From NCBI GenBank assembly GCA_017992725.1, contig JAGOOB010000001.1, forward strand, positions 553 to 64,552: DNA of 64,000 bases, given 5' to 3'. The notes below the pieces were generated by a model. It was not told the DNA's origin. It ran no database searches and saw nothing but the letters and a program-made list of their open reading frames with translations. Position 1 is the first letter of the stretch. Each line of letters begins with the position of its first letter. This document shows, piece after piece, positions 9,112-18,760 of the stretch. The translations under genes were made by a program, and so were the position numbers. The stretch is from Candidatus Woesebacteria bacterium. GTDB taxonomy: Bacteria > Patescibacteriota > Microgenomatia > UBA1400 > PJMF01.

Positions 9112-9720
9112 TTACCGATTGTAATATTCAACTATTAATTGCTCGTCAATCTTCTCGACGATATCTTCTCTAACTGGTAATTTAGCTACCTTAATAGAAG
9201 TCCCTTTGATTTCTAACCAGTTAGGTATTGGTCTTTCTTCTTCCATTGCTACAACTACTTGAGGAATCTTAGCTGTCCTATTCTTTTTCATAGTAATGAC
9301 ATCACCAACTTTAACAGTATAGGATGGAATGTTCATTTTTTTACCATTCACTAAATAGTGACCATGTCCCACAAATTGTCTAGCTGAAGCGCGAGTCACA
9401 GCAAAACCAGCGCGATAAATAACATTGTCTAAACGTCTTTCTAATAAACTCAGTAAAACTGTTCCTGTAGCAGCTGGATTTTTGCTAGCCTCTTCAAAAA
9501 TTTTACCTAGTTGTCTTTCCAAAATTCCATAAATGTATTTTAATTTTTGCTTCTCTCGCAATTGTAAAGCATAATCAGACATTTTTCGGTGAGTTTTAAC
9601 TCCATGCTGACCTGGCCTGATTGCTAAACGGCGAGCAGTCTTGAGAGCATTAGTCTTTAAACCTAAATCTTCACCGATTTGTCGTTGTAGTTTTTGTTTG
9701 GGACCACTGTGTCTTGCCAT
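9112..9720 (-). CDS. rpsD: 30S ribosomal protein S4
   Basis: The MARHSGPK start matches the conserved S4 N-terminus. The ATG at 9720 was preferred over the upstream TTG. Confidence 0.9.
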   Translation of the reverse strand: MARHSGPKQKLQRQIGEDLGLKTNALKTARRLAIRPGQHGVKTHRKMSDYALQLREKQKLKYIYGILERQLGKIFEEASKNPAATGTVLLSLLERRLDNVIYRAGFAVTRASARQFVGHGHYLVNGKKMNIPSYTVKVGDVITMKKNRTAKIPQVVVAMEEERPIPNWLEIKGTSIKVAKLPVREDIVEKIDEQLIVEYYNR

Positions 9721-9737
9721 ATTCAATTCCTAGAACT

Positions 9738-10151
9738 TTAGTTTCTAGCCTTTCTTGGTCGAGTACCATTGTGTGGTACTGGAGTTAAATCAGCAATTAA
9801 AGCCACCCCAATGCCCTGAGCTCGTAAAACACGAAGCGCCACATCTCGACCAGGACCAGGACCCTTTAAATAAACTTCCATTTGGTTCATCCCGTAGTTA
9901 TTTTTGGCTTTATTAATCGCATTCTCTACTGTAATGGTAGCTGCGTAAGGAGTAGACTTACGTGAACCACTAAAACCAGAACCACCAGTGCTTTCCCAAC
10001 AGAGCACGTTGCCTTTTTCATCAGTCACACTGACTATGGTATTATTAAAAGTAGCGCTAACATACAATCTGCCTTTAGGGACAATTTTTGTAGCTCTTTG
10101 ATAATTAGATTTTTTCTTTTTAGTAGTAGTTTTTTTACTGCTGACTGCCAT
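9738..10151 (-). CDS. rpsK: 30S ribosomal protein S11
   Basis: The S11 core is present: ATFNNTIVSVTDEKGNVLCWESTGGSGFSGSRKSTPYAA and KGPGPGRDVALR. Confidence 0.92.
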   Translation of the reverse strand: MAVSSKKTTTKKKKSNYQRATKIVPKGRLYVSATFNNTIVSVTDEKGNVLCWESTGGSGFSGSRKSTPYAATITVENAINKAKNNYGMNQMEVYLKGPGPGRDVALRVLRAQGIGVALIADLTPVPHNGTRPRKARN

Positions 10152-10162
10152 AAAAACCTTTG

Positions 10163-10567
10163 TTAGTTAGTCTTTTTTGTTTCTTCTAATTTGCTGGCGG
10201 CTTCTTTAGTCACTGAACCGATAGTTCGTCTAGCTCCGCGTCTAGTTCTGGCATTGGATCTGGTTCTTTGGCCACGAGAAGGTAAACCAGCGCTGTGCCT
10301 CATTCCCCGATAGCTTTGAATTCTTTTTAAGCGAGCAATGTTGTCGTTGATTTCTCGGCGCAAATCACCTTCTATTAAATAGGCATCGAGGGCTGCCTGA
10401 ATACGGTTGATTTCCTCACCAGTCAAATCTTTGGCTCTTTTGTCTGGATTAATTTTGCACTTTTTGATTATTTCTTCAGCTACTTTTGGTCCAACACCAT
10501 AAATATAGCGTAAAGAAAAATTAATTTTTTTATTATCTGGTATGTCGTGTCCTGCGATACGTGGCAT
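10163..10567 (-). CDS. rpsM: 30S ribosomal protein S13
   Basis: The N-terminus MPRIAGHDIPDNKKINFSLRYIYGVG matches S13. Confidence 0.92.
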   Translation of the reverse strand: MPRIAGHDIPDNKKINFSLRYIYGVGPKVAEEIIKKCKINPDKRAKDLTGEEINRIQAALDAYLIEGDLRREINDNIARLKRIQSYRGMRHSAGLPSRGQRTRSNARTRRGARRTIGSVTKEAASKLEETKKTN

Positions 10568-10570
10568 AGT

Positions 10571-10684
10571 TTATCCTTGCCTCTGCTTGTGTTTGGGATT
10601 AGTACAAATGACGTACAGTTTCCCATGCCGCTTAACAAGCTTGCAATTTTTACAAATTTTCTTTAACGATGCTTTAACTTTCAT
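10571..10684 (-). CDS. rpmJ: 50S ribosomal protein L36 (37 aa). This gene is missing from the supplied ORF track because it falls below the length cutoff.
   Basis: Hand translation of the minus strand gives [37 protein letters not shown] then a stop. This matches the L36 zinc-ribbon consensus (C-x2-C...C-x4-H). It sits in the expected slot between infA and rpsM. Confidence 0.85.
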   Translation of the reverse strand: MKVKASLKKICKNCKLVKRHGKLYVICTNPKHKQRQG

Positions 10685-10763
10685 AATTACAGACGTGCAA
10701 TATACCCTACTGGACTAAATTTTTAAAGAGTGAAATTTGTCCTTCCAGGAATATTGATTTCCC

Positions 10764-11099
10764 CTATTGATTTGTTCCTGATTGCCCATTAGTTGTGCGA
10801 TAGGTAATCTTACATTTTGTTAGATCGTATTTACTAACATAACCTTTGACTCGGTCTCCTGGCATAACCCGTATACGATACAGACGCATTTTGCCAGCCA
10901 AAGTCCCTAACAACAAACGACCCTTCATTTGTTCAGCAGTCGAGTCAATTACTCTAACTCGAAACATCGTGTTAGGTAAACAGCTCTCAACTTCGCCAAT
11001 GATTTCAAAACGATCACTCTGACTACTAGCTACAGATGGTGTAAAATCAACCTGTCGCTTAGCTTTAGCCGCTCGTTTGTGTTCTTGTACCTTTCCCAT
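10764..11099 (-). CDS. infA: Translation initiation factor IF-1, with a ~40-aa N-terminal extension
   Basis: The core MFRVRVIDSTAEQMKGRLLLGTLAGKMRLYRIRVMPGDRVKGYVSKYDLTKCKITYR matches the IF-1 S1-like fold. Confidence 0.85.
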   Translation of the reverse strand: MGKVQEHKRAAKAKRQVDFTPSVASSQSDRFEIIGEVESCLPNTMFRVRVIDSTAEQMKGRLLLGTLAGKMRLYRIRVMPGDRVKGYVSKYDLTKCKITYRTTNGQSGTNQ

Positions 11100-11148
11100 A
11101 AACGAGCATTATACCAGATTTAGCAAAAAAAATCACTTATAAATCTGA

Positions 11149-11745
11149 CTATTTTTTAGATTTACCCTTTTTCTGATCTTTATTTCTAATTCTTTCCACC
11201 TTTAAGACGATATCGTTGAAAACTTCTTGGACACTTTGTTCACCATCAACGACTGCTAAATGTTTCCGGTCTGAATAATAATCCAGTACTTTCGAAGTTT
11301 TTTCATGGAAAAGATCAATTCTTTTGCGGATAGCTTTGAGAGTTTCATCTTCTCGATCAGCCTCTCTACCTGAAATTCTCCATAGTGCTTCTCTATCTGA
11401 TACATCAATTAAAATAACTATTTCTTCACCCTTAGTAAACTTTTCAAAAGCTTTAGCTTGAGGTACAGTCCGGGGAAAACCATCGAGAATAAAACCATTT
11501 TGGTATTCTGGTTTTTTTAGATATTCGATCACAATTTCAACGGTTTTATCATCTGGAATTAAAAAACCAGCGTTAATGGTTTCTTTAACAAAACGACCTA
11601 AAGCCGTTTTGCTCTTGGCCATTTGCCTAAAAATATGTCCAGAGGACAAATAAGGTATATTATATTTTTCAGATAATAAATTACCTTGGGTTGACTTGCC
11701 TGCCCCCTGAATACCAATTAAAACTAACTTCATAATCCCTTTCAC
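11149..11745 (-). CDS. adk: Adenylate kinase
   Basis: P-loop GIQGAGKSTQ plus NMP-binding and LID regions. The true start may be the internal MKLVLIG (11733). Confidence 0.9.
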   Translation of the reverse strand: MKGIMKLVLIGIQGAGKSTQGNLLSEKYNIPYLSSGHIFRQMAKSKTALGRFVKETINAGFLIPDDKTVEIVIEYLKKPEYQNGFILDGFPRTVPQAKAFEKFTKGEEIVILIDVSDREALWRISGREADREDETLKAIRKRIDLFHEKTSKVLDYYSDRKHLAVVDGEQSVQEVFNDIVLKVERIRNKDQKKGKSKK

Positions 11746-11754
11746 GTTAATAAT

Positions 11755-13050
11755 TTAACTGAGTTGGCTATAACGGTCGTAATTTTCATTTAATAATTGT
11801 GATTCAACCTGTCTAGCAGTTTCCAAAATAACCGAAACCACAATTAATAAGCTAGTTCCACCAATGGCTAAAGCCTGAATACCAGTAATCATTTGGGCAA
11901 TAGTAGGTAACACTGCAATACTGGCCAAAAAGATGGCTCCGGCAAAAGTCACTCTAGTGACCACATATTCCAAATATTTACGAGTCGGACCTCCTGGTCT
12001 AATACCAGGGATAAAAGCGCCACTTTTTTTCAACTCTTCACTGATATCTTCAGCATTAAAGAAAATGATCGCACTAAAATAACTAAAAACAAAAACTAAA
12101 ACAAAATAAATTAACAGATACCAAATACTTGTTGGTGAAAAAATTATATTGAGCTGCTCGCCCAAATTAACCCAAAATTCTCGACCAGTGAGAGTTAGAA
12201 TTCTCCCCAAAAATGGAGGTAACATCATTAACGACACAGCAAAAATGATAGGCATCACCCCTGCCACATTAACCTTAATTGGTAAATGGCTACTTTGGCC
12301 ACCAACTTGACGACCACCTTGAATGCGTTTGGCATATTGGATATTAACTTTACGTACTGCTTCATTAAAAAAGACAACTAAAGCAATCACTGCTAAAGTT
12401 AAGACTAACATCACTAAAATCACAGTGAGTTGACCATCATTGCCAGCGACAAAAGATTGACCAATACTGGCCGGAATTTGACTAAGAATACCCACTAGCA
12501 AAATCATCGAAATACCATTGCCAATGCCGTATTCGGAAATTAGTTCTCCCATCCACATCATTAACATTGATCCAGCAATGAGCGTCAAAACGACAATCAC
12601 CATTAAGCTACTTTGTTGACTAATGAGTAGATCTTGAGAATTTAACAAGGCTAGGGTAGCAATCGCTTGGATAGCAGCGACGGGTACAGAAATTATACGC
12701 ATGTATTGATTTAATTTCGCTTGACCAGATTCACCCTCTTTTTGCATTTCTTTGATTTTGGGAACAACCATACCCAACAATTGCATGACAATTGAGGCAG
12801 TAATATAGGGGTTAATACCAACTGCTACAATGGAAAATCTAGCCAGTGTACCACCAGCAAATAAATTAAGGAAACTTAAAAATTCATTACCAGCAAAAAT
12901 AAGTTTTAAACGTTCTACGTCAACAATAGGAACTGGGATATGGGCTAATAAACGAGTAATAGCAAAAATTACTAAAGTAAAAATAAGCTTTTTTTTTAAC
13001 GCTTGATTGGCAAAAATAGCCTGTATCTTTGTAATTATTTGTTCTAACAC
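11755..13050 (-). CDS. secY: Preprotein translocase subunit SecY
   Basis: 431 aa, 10 TM helices, with a SecY-typical order and motifs (GINPYITASIV, RIQGG). Confidence 0.92.
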   Translation of the reverse strand: MLEQIITKIQAIFANQALKKKLIFTLVIFAITRLLAHIPVPIVDVERLKLIFAGNEFLSFLNLFAGGTLARFSIVAVGINPYITASIVMQLLGMVVPKIKEMQKEGESGQAKLNQYMRIISVPVAAIQAIATLALLNSQDLLISQQSSLMVIVVLTLIAGSMLMMWMGELISEYGIGNGISMILLVGILSQIPASIGQSFVAGNDGQLTVILVMLVLTLAVIALVVFFNEAVRKVNIQYAKRIQGGRQVGGQSSHLPIKVNVAGVMPIIFAVSLMMLPPFLGRILTLTGREFWVNLGEQLNIIFSPTSIWYLLIYFVLVFVFSYFSAIIFFNAEDISEELKKSGAFIPGIRPGGPTRKYLEYVVTRVTFAGAIFLASIAVLPTIAQMITGIQALAIGGTSLLIVVSVILETARQVESQLLNENYDRYSQLS

Positions 13051-13071
13051 AAACTCTTATTTTATATTTTT

Positions 13072-13509
13072 TTATTCTACTTTTCCACCTAAGGCTTCAA
13101 TATCTTTTTTAGCGGCTTCACTAACTTTGATACCTTTAACAAAAATTTTACGATTTAATTTGCCTTTTTTAATAATTTTGGCTCCGCGATAACGAGAATC
13201 AATCACTTGGTTTAATTTTAAAGTATCCAAGCTTATTTCTTCTAAATCAATGGTATTTATATCGTTGAAAGTTAATTCTGCAATCAGGTTTAAAGTTTTG
13301 AGCCGACCTTTGCCACGCCACATCGGTAGACGCTGAGTAAGAGGCAACGAGCCTCCTTCAAACCATAAAGGAATTTTGGATCCAACTCGAGATTTTTGGC
13401 CCTTTTGACCACGCCCAACCGTGTGCCCACCTTTACCAGAACCATAACCTCGTCCGAGGCGCTTATTGGATCTAGAACTAGTTTTTTCAAGTTTATTAAA
13501 TAATGACAT
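13072..13509 (-). CDS. rplO: 50S ribosomal protein L15
   Basis: RLGRGYGSGKGGHTVGRGQKGQKSR is the L15 glycine-rich N-terminus. Confidence 0.9.
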   Translation of the reverse strand: MSLFNKLEKTSSRSNKRLGRGYGSGKGGHTVGRGQKGQKSRVGSKIPLWFEGGSLPLTQRLPMWRGKGRLKTLNLIAELTFNDINTIDLEEISLDTLKLNQVIDSRYRGAKIIKKGKLNRKIFVKGIKVSEAAKKDIEALGGKVE

Positions 13510-13512
13510 TGT

Positions 13513-14232
13513 TTACTTTTTACTTCTACTTGTTTCTTTAATAGTTGTTGCTGGCTTGGTTTTTTTGGAAACAGTTTTTTTAGGACTTGCTTCGGCTTTA
13601 GACTCAATTTTTGGTTGAGTTTTTTTGGCGACTTTTTTTTCGGTCTTTGGCTCAATTTTTTTAGCAGTTTCTGCCTTTTCTTTAGCTTCCGCTTGTAGCG
13701 CTGCCATTTTTTCTTGCTCTTCTTTTTCAATTTGAGCGATTGAGCGCAATTTAATATCTTTGATTTTCACTAAGTCGGCAATGTGTTTAAGAGCTTTGAA
13801 AGTGGCATGAACACTGGAAGCTTGATTTTCACTACCTAGAATTTTAGCTACCACATCTCTCACCCCGGCCGCTTCAACCACTGCTCTAACTGGACCTCCA
13901 GCAATTACTCCTGTTCCTTTGTTAGCTGGTTTTAACATCACCTTACCAGCACCTCTTTTAACGGTTACTGCAAAAGGAATGGTGGTTCCATCTAAAGGAA
14001 CAACAATCATTTTCTGTTTAGCTTTTTTAATCCCTTTTTGGATAGCTGACAAAACATCACCAGCTTTACCCAAGCCTACACCTACTTTACCCTTATGATC
14101 TCCAACTACGACGAGAGCAGAAAAACCAATCTGGTTCCCACCTTTGGTTTTTTTAGAGACCCGAGAAATTTTAATGACTTTTTCGTCAAATTCCTTGGGT
14201 TGATTGGGTTTTCTTGAATTATTTCTTGCCAT
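13513..14232 (-). CDS. rpsE: 30S ribosomal protein S5 with a ~75-aa K/E-rich C-terminal extension
   Basis: S5 core (VVVGDHKGKVGVGLGKA, KPANKGTGVIAGGPVRAV), then a long charged tail. Its start abuts the rplO end directly, so no L30 gene is present. Confidence 0.9.
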   Translation of the reverse strand: MARNNSRKPNQPKEFDEKVIKISRVSKKTKGGNQIGFSALVVVGDHKGKVGVGLGKAGDVLSAIQKGIKKAKQKMIVVPLDGTTIPFAVTVKRGAGKVMLKPANKGTGVIAGGPVRAVVEAAGVRDVVAKILGSENQASSVHATFKALKHIADLVKIKDIKLRSIAQIEKEEQEKMAALQAEAKEKAETAKKIEPKTEKKVAKKTQPKIESKAEASPKKTVSKKTKPATTIKETSRSKK

Positions 14233-14237
14233 ATGTT

Positions 14238-14597
14238 TTAAAGATTAATACCGCCTTTTCTTAAAGTGTCAGCTACTTCCTTAATGCGTCCATGATATTT
14301 ATAGTATGAGCGATCAAAAACTAGAGATTTGATTTTCTTATCTTGCAAAATTTTTAATAATTCTTCAGTAGCCAATCGGGTTCGTTCAGTTTTGGTACCA
14401 GTGATTTTTTTACCCTTGGGAAAATCCGTACTAGCCGCTAAAGTTTTTCCTTTTGTATCGTCAATCACTTGTAAGTACAAATGCTTATTGGATCGAAAAA
14501 CGGTTAAACGAGGTCGTTGACTAGTGCCAAAAATCTTAGCTCGCACTCGCTTTTGCCTTTTCAAACGCTGGTTAAGAATTTTTTTGATATTTAACAT
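14238..14597 (-). CDS. rplR: 50S ribosomal protein L18
   Basis: RPRLTVFRSNKHLYLQVIDD and a YHGR C-terminus match L18. Confidence 0.9.
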   Translation of the reverse strand: MLNIKKILNQRLKRQKRVRAKIFGTSQRPRLTVFRSNKHLYLQVIDDTKGKTLAASTDFPKGKKITGTKTERTRLATEELLKILQDKKIKSLVFDRSYYKYHGRIKEVADTLRKGGINL

Positions 14598-15133
14598 TAA
14601 GAGACAGTCTTTCCTGGTTTAGTTCTTACTACTTCATCACTGTAACGAATACCTTTGCCCAAATATGGTTCGGGCGGTCTCAAAGAGCGAATATTAGCAC
14701 TTACTTGCCCCACTAGCTGTTTATCAATACCCTCAACATGAATAGTGTCGTTACCTTCAAGTTTAAAAGTAATCCCTGGTATTGCAGCAACAGTTACTGG
14801 ATGAGAAAAACCCAGAGTCATACTCAAACCCGCTCCTGCACTACTAACCCGATAACCAGTACCAACTAATTTTAAGGTTTTTCTATAAGCTTCGGTGACA
14901 CCAATAACATTATTGGCAATCAAACTACGCATGAGTCCATGGTTGGCACGACTTTGTTTTAAATCATTTTTGCGCTCCACTATCACTTCTTGATTTTCCA
15001 CCTTTACTTTTATGCCTTCTACCATAGGAGTTTTTAATTCACCTTTAGGGCCTTTGACCAATACATAATCATTAGTCACCGTGACAGTTACTTGTTCTGG
15101 AATGCTAATGTTTTTTTTACCAATTTTTGACAT
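14597..15133 (-). CDS. rplF: 50S ribosomal protein L6
   Basis: Two-domain L6 with the PEPYKGKGI-like C-terminal motif. Confidence 0.92.
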   Translation of the reverse strand: MSKIGKKNISIPEQVTVTVTNDYVLVKGPKGELKTPMVEGIKVKVENQEVIVERKNDLKQSRANHGLMRSLIANNVIGVTEAYRKTLKLVGTGYRVSSAGAGLSMTLGFSHPVTVAAIPGITFKLEGNDTIHVEGIDKQLVGQVSANIRSLRPPEPYLGKGIRYSDEVVRTKPGKTVS

Positions 15134-15143
15134 ATTTACTTAT

Positions 15144-15533
15144 TTACCAAATTTGACAAAGAAGCTCACCGCCAACTTTGGCTTTACGAGCTGTCTTATC
15201 ATCCATTACCCCTTGATTACTCGATAAAATGGTTAAGCCATAACCATTGAGAGTTTGCGGAATTTCACCTGCCTTAACATAGATTCTTCTGCCAGGCTTT
15301 GAAACTCTCTTGACATTGGTAATCGCACTTAATTTACCTACGTATCGCAACACAATCTTCATCTCTTTTTGCGGCTCTTTATCAATAACTTGATAATCCT
15401 CAATGTAATTATTGTTTTTAAGTATCTTAACGATATCTTCTTTTACTTTAGAGTGAGGCAGTACCAAATCTTTGCGTCCAGCTGCGCACGCATTTTTTAT
15501 CCTGGTGATCATATCGGCAATTGGATCAGTCAT
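15144..15533 (-). CDS. rpsH: 30S ribosomal protein S8
   Basis: MTDPIADMITRIKNA N-terminus and GGELLCQIW C-terminus match S8. Confidence 0.92.
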   Translation of the reverse strand: MTDPIADMITRIKNACAAGRKDLVLPHSKVKEDIVKILKNNNYIEDYQVIDKEPQKEMKIVLRYVGKLSAITNVKRVSKPGRRIYVKAGEIPQTLNGYGLTILSSNQGVMDDKTARKAKVGGELLCQIW

Positions 15534-15549
15534 ATATTTCTTTTGTCCC

Positions 15550-15780
15550 TTATTTACTGCTTTTAACTACGCCTGGTAGTTCACCTTTACTTGCTAATTC
15601 TCTAAAGGTTAAACGACTTAAACCAAAAAAGCGCATATAACCTCTAGGACGACCGGTAATTTTACAACGATTTACTCCCCGAGTCGAGACTCGATTTTTT
15701 TTACGCTCACCTGATTTCAGGTAAATAGCTCTTTTTTTCAATAGCTTTTTAGATTTAGCAATTTTTGATTTTTTAGCCAT
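15550..15780 (-). CDS. rpsN: 30S ribosomal protein S14 (76 aa, non-zinc form)
   Basis: The C-terminal [26 protein letters not shown] matches S14. Only one Cys is present, so there is no CxxC...CxxC zinc site. Confidence 0.85.
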   Translation of the reverse strand: MAKKSKIAKSKKLLKKRAIYLKSGERKKNRVSTRGVNRCKITGRPRGYMRFFGLSRLTFRELASKGELPGVVKSSK

Positions 15781-15783
15781 AAA

Positions 15784-16353
15784 TTATTTATTTCCTTTAA
15801 TGTCTTCCTTTTCAAAAGGCATGCCTAGCAATTCTAATAGACGAAATGATTTTTCTTGATTGCTATTGCTGATTACTATATTAACTTGTAAACCACGGAT
15901 TTTTTCAATTTGATCAAAATCAATTTCTGGAAAAGCAATTTGTTCTTCTAGCCCTAAACTATAATTACCTTCACTATCAAAAGCAGTGGCCGAAACGCCT
16001 CTGAAATCCTTTACTCTAGGTAAAACTAAAGAAATCAGCTTATCTAAAAATTCCCACATGTATTCACCTCTAAGTGTTACCATTACGCCTAAAGGATCGC
16101 CTTGGCGCAATTTAAAATTTGAAATAGCTTGTCGCGCTTTAGTAATCACGGGTTTTTGGCCAGTAATCATTTCAAATTGTTTAACTATAATAGGCATAAT
16201 TTTTTCTCTGGCTTTTGGATCAGCTGGATCGGTTATTCCCATATTCAAGACAATTTTTTCAATTTTTGGCACAGCAAATAGATTGGGACTAGCAAACTCT
16301 TTTTTTAGAGCTGGCACCACCTTCTCCTGATATTGCTTTCTTAAACGATTCAT
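15784..16353 (-). CDS. rplE: 50S ribosomal protein L5
   Basis: 189 aa with an L5-typical core (NMGITDPADPK, RGEYMWEFLDKLI). Confidence 0.92.
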   Translation of the reverse strand: MNRLRKQYQEKVVPALKKEFASPNLFAVPKIEKIVLNMGITDPADPKAREKIMPIIVKQFEMITGQKPVITKARQAISNFKLRQGDPLGVMVTLRGEYMWEFLDKLISLVLPRVKDFRGVSATAFDSEGNYSLGLEEQIAFPEIDFDQIEKIRGLQVNIVISNSNQEKSFRLLELLGMPFEKEDIKGNK

Positions 16354-16358
16354 ATTTT

Positions 16359-16865
16359 TTAACCTTTATCCTGTGTTTTTCTGATTCTAGTAATTTTAGT
16401 CAATTTGCTCGTAGCCTTTTTCGCTGATTTTTTCTCAACTTTGATTGCCTCTTGAGCTAATTTCTGACTATCTTCAACTATTGCTGTTTCTTCTTTTTTG
16501 GATTTTTTGGCAATTTTTTTCGCTTTTTTATCCTCTTTAACTGCTTTTTCTACTTTTTCTACTTTAGCTAATTGGCCAGTTTTCTTAAAAAATCTTTCCT
16601 TTTGACCATCAGCAGTGCGCCGATAAGCTAAACGATCAACTTGATCCTGATCATTTAAAATAGCTACTTTTGCTAATGGCAAAGGTCGTTCGCTATATCT
16701 TTTCTCACCAGGCTTATCCATGAAAGGCTTAACATGTTTATAATAAAGATTAACATCCTTGACAATTACCTTATTTTGTTTAGGCAATAAACCGACTATC
16801 ACGCTTTTTTTGCCTTTATCTTTACCGGCGGTGATGAGTACTCGATCTCCTATTTTAAATTTCAT
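16359..16865 (-). CDS. rplX: 50S ribosomal protein L24 with a ~60-aa K-rich C-terminal extension
   Basis: [19 protein letters not shown] is the KOW-domain start of L24; a long lysine-rich tail follows. Confidence 0.88.
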   Translation of the reverse strand: MKFKIGDRVLITAGKDKGKKSVIVGLLPKQNKVIVKDVNLYYKHVKPFMDKPGEKRYSERPLPLAKVAILNDQDQVDRLAYRRTADGQKERFFKKTGQLAKVEKVEKAVKEDKKAKKIAKKSKKEETAIVEDSQKLAQEAIKVEKKSAKKATSKLTKITRIRKTQDKG

Positions 16866-17236
16866 AATACCTCCGGAGCTAAACTAGCAATTTTATTAAA
16901 ACCATTATCCTTAACTTCGCGAGCCACCGGACCGAAAACACGGGTGCCAACCGGTTCTTTATTGTCCCGGGCTTGAATAATCACAGCAGCATTATCGTCA
17001 AATCTCAAATATTCACCAGTATCCCGTCTCTTCTCTTTAACAGTTCTGACAATCACTGCGCGAACTTTTTCTCCTTTTTTCAAAGTACCACTAGGATCAG
17101 CGCTGATTACTGAAGCCACCACCACATCTCCTACTAGGCCAAATCTTCTTCCAGAGCCACCATAAACTTGAATGACCCTAATTTTCTTGGCCCCACTATT
17201 ATCGGCAACATTGAGTACGCTTCTGAGTTGTATCAT
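16862..17236 (-). CDS. rplN: 50S ribosomal protein L14
   Basis: [19 protein letters not shown] matches the L14 N-terminus. Confidence 0.92.
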   Translation of the reverse strand: MIQLRSVLNVADNSGAKKIRVIQVYGGSGRRFGLVGDVVVASVISADPSGTLKKGEKVRAVIVRTVKEKRRDTGEYLRFDDNAAVIIQARDNKEPVGTRVFGPVAREVKDNGFNKIASLAPEVL

Positions 17237-17238
17237 TT

Positions 17239-17478
17239 TTATTTCTCAATTTTCTTTACTACTTTAAAGTGTTTAGTTTTACTAACCGGTCGACATTCTT
17301 CAATTTCGACTGTGTCACCAACGACCAGCTCCATTTGCTTTGGATCGTAGTCAGTGGCATATTTTTTGCTACGTTTCACTCTTTTACCATAAAGAGGATG
17401 AACCCAAACTCTAGCTACTTCAACACTAGCCGTTTTCTGATTCTTAAGTGATAGCACTTGTCCGATTAATTTTTTCAT
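17239..17478 (-). CDS. rpsQ: 30S ribosomal protein S17
   Basis: 79 aa with an OB-fold; [20 protein letters not shown] matches S17. Confidence 0.9.
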   Translation of the reverse strand: MKKLIGQVLSLKNQKTASVEVARVWVHPLYGKRVKRSKKYATDYDPKQMELVVGDTVEIEECRPVSKTKHFKVVKKIEK

Positions 17479-17684
17479 AGTGTTTGTTTCAATTCTTTTT
17501 CACGCAATACAGCCTTAATTCGAGCTACATCTTTTCTAAGATTCTTTAATTTTGCTGGACTGTCTAATTTACCAGCCTTCGCCAACAAACGCATGCCAGC
17601 TAAATCCTTCATCAGAACATCAAGTTCTTTTTTAAGCTCTGCTTGGTCTTTATCATGTAGTGCTTTAATCTCATTAGTTTTCAT
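17475..17684 (-). CDS. rpmC: 50S ribosomal protein L29
   Basis: 69-aa helical protein in the L29 slot between rplP and rpsQ. Confidence 0.85.
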   Translation of the reverse strand: MKTNEIKALHDKDQAELKKELDVLMKDLAGMRLLAKAGKLDSPAKLKNLRKDVARIKAVLREKELKQTL

Positions 17685-17685
17685 T

Positions 17686-18090
17686 TTATTTTTTCACAAA
17701 GCTGGTTTTAATTGATAATTTATGTCCTGCTTTATTCAATGCTGAACGAGCTACACTTTCACTGACTCCTCCTACTTCAAACAAAATAAATCCAGGCTTA
17801 ACTGGAGCCACATATTCTTCGATCGCTCCTTTCCCTGAACCCATTTTGACACCAACTGGTTTCTTGGTTAAAGGTTTATAAGGGAAAACTTTAATCCAGT
17901 ATTTTCCTTCTCTTTTGGTAACAAAAGTAATTTTTTTACGGGCCGCTTCAATTTGTCTAGCGGATAACTCGCCAGCTTCAATAGCTCTTAAACCAAATTC
18001 ACCAAAAGCAAGCTCAGTACCATGACGAGCCTTACCTCTATTTTTACCCCTAAACATCTTTCGGTATTTTACTTTTTTTGGTTGTAACAT
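17686..18090 (-). CDS. rplP: 50S ribosomal protein L16
   Basis: [21 protein letters not shown] matches the L16 N-terminus. Confidence 0.92.
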   Translation of the reverse strand: MLQPKKVKYRKMFRGKNRGKARHGTELAFGEFGLRAIEAGELSARQIEAARKKITFVTKREGKYWIKVFPYKPLTKKPVGVKMGSGKGAIEEYVAPVKPGFILFEVGGVSESVARSALNKAGHKLSIKTSFVKK

Positions 18091-18106
18091 TTTTTAATTT
18101 CCAAAT

Positions 18107-18757
18107 TTAGACGATTTCCCCTTTATAAATCCACACCTTAATACCAACATAACCAGATCTGGTTTTGGCAGGTTGTTCATAGTAGTCAATATTAGCTCTC
18201 AGAGTCTGAGTAGGAACACTACCTTCGAAATATTTTTCGCTACGACTAATTTCTGCACCATCAATTCTCCCAGATAGTTGAATTTTTACTCCTTTGGCTC
18301 CTGCTCCCATCACTCGTTCCATGGCTTGCTTAACTGCTCGACGATGGGGATAGCGAGCAATTAGTTGACCAATAATGCGCTCAGCCACTAATTTAGCACT
18401 TAAGTCTGGCTTTTTTACTTCTTCAATTTTTAATTCAATTCTTGATTTCTCTTTCTTAATTTTTGAAGCATTAACAATTCGATCGACATCTGCCTTAATT
18501 TTTTCCAAATTTTGGCCACCTTTACCAATAACTACACCTGGTCTAGCCACTTCAATAATTAAAGTTAATTTACTAATCGAGCGTTTTATACTAATATCCA
18601 CCACACCAGCATTACTGAGTTTTTCCTCTAGGTATTGGCGCAACCGATAATCCTCTAACACGTTGTCTGAATAGTGATCTTTTTCAGCAAACCAAAGAGA
18701 TTTCCAATTGAAAATCCCTCCGATGCGCATTAGAGTTGGATTGACTTTTTGTCCCAT
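18107..18757 (-). CDS. rpsC: 30S ribosomal protein S3
   Basis: MGQKVNPTLMRIG and a KH domain; S3-typical. Confidence 0.92.
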   Translation of the reverse strand: MGQKVNPTLMRIGGIFNWKSLWFAEKDHYSDNVLEDYRLRQYLEEKLSNAGVVDISIKRSISKLTLIIEVARPGVVIGKGGQNLEKIKADVDRIVNASKIKKEKSRIELKIEEVKKPDLSAKLVAERIIGQLIARYPHRRAVKQAMERVMGAGAKGVKIQLSGRIDGAEISRSEKYFEGSVPTQTLRANIDYYEQPAKTRSGYVGIKVWIYKGEIV

Positions 18758-18760
18758 ATC

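Noticed and set aside
13290-13730. 146-aa lysine-rich ORF (MKKKSKKKWQRYKRKLKK...) on the minus strand
   Set aside because: It lies entirely inside rpsE/rplO in an alternative frame. The K-rich translation is a by-product of the A-rich lysine-codon tails of the real genes.
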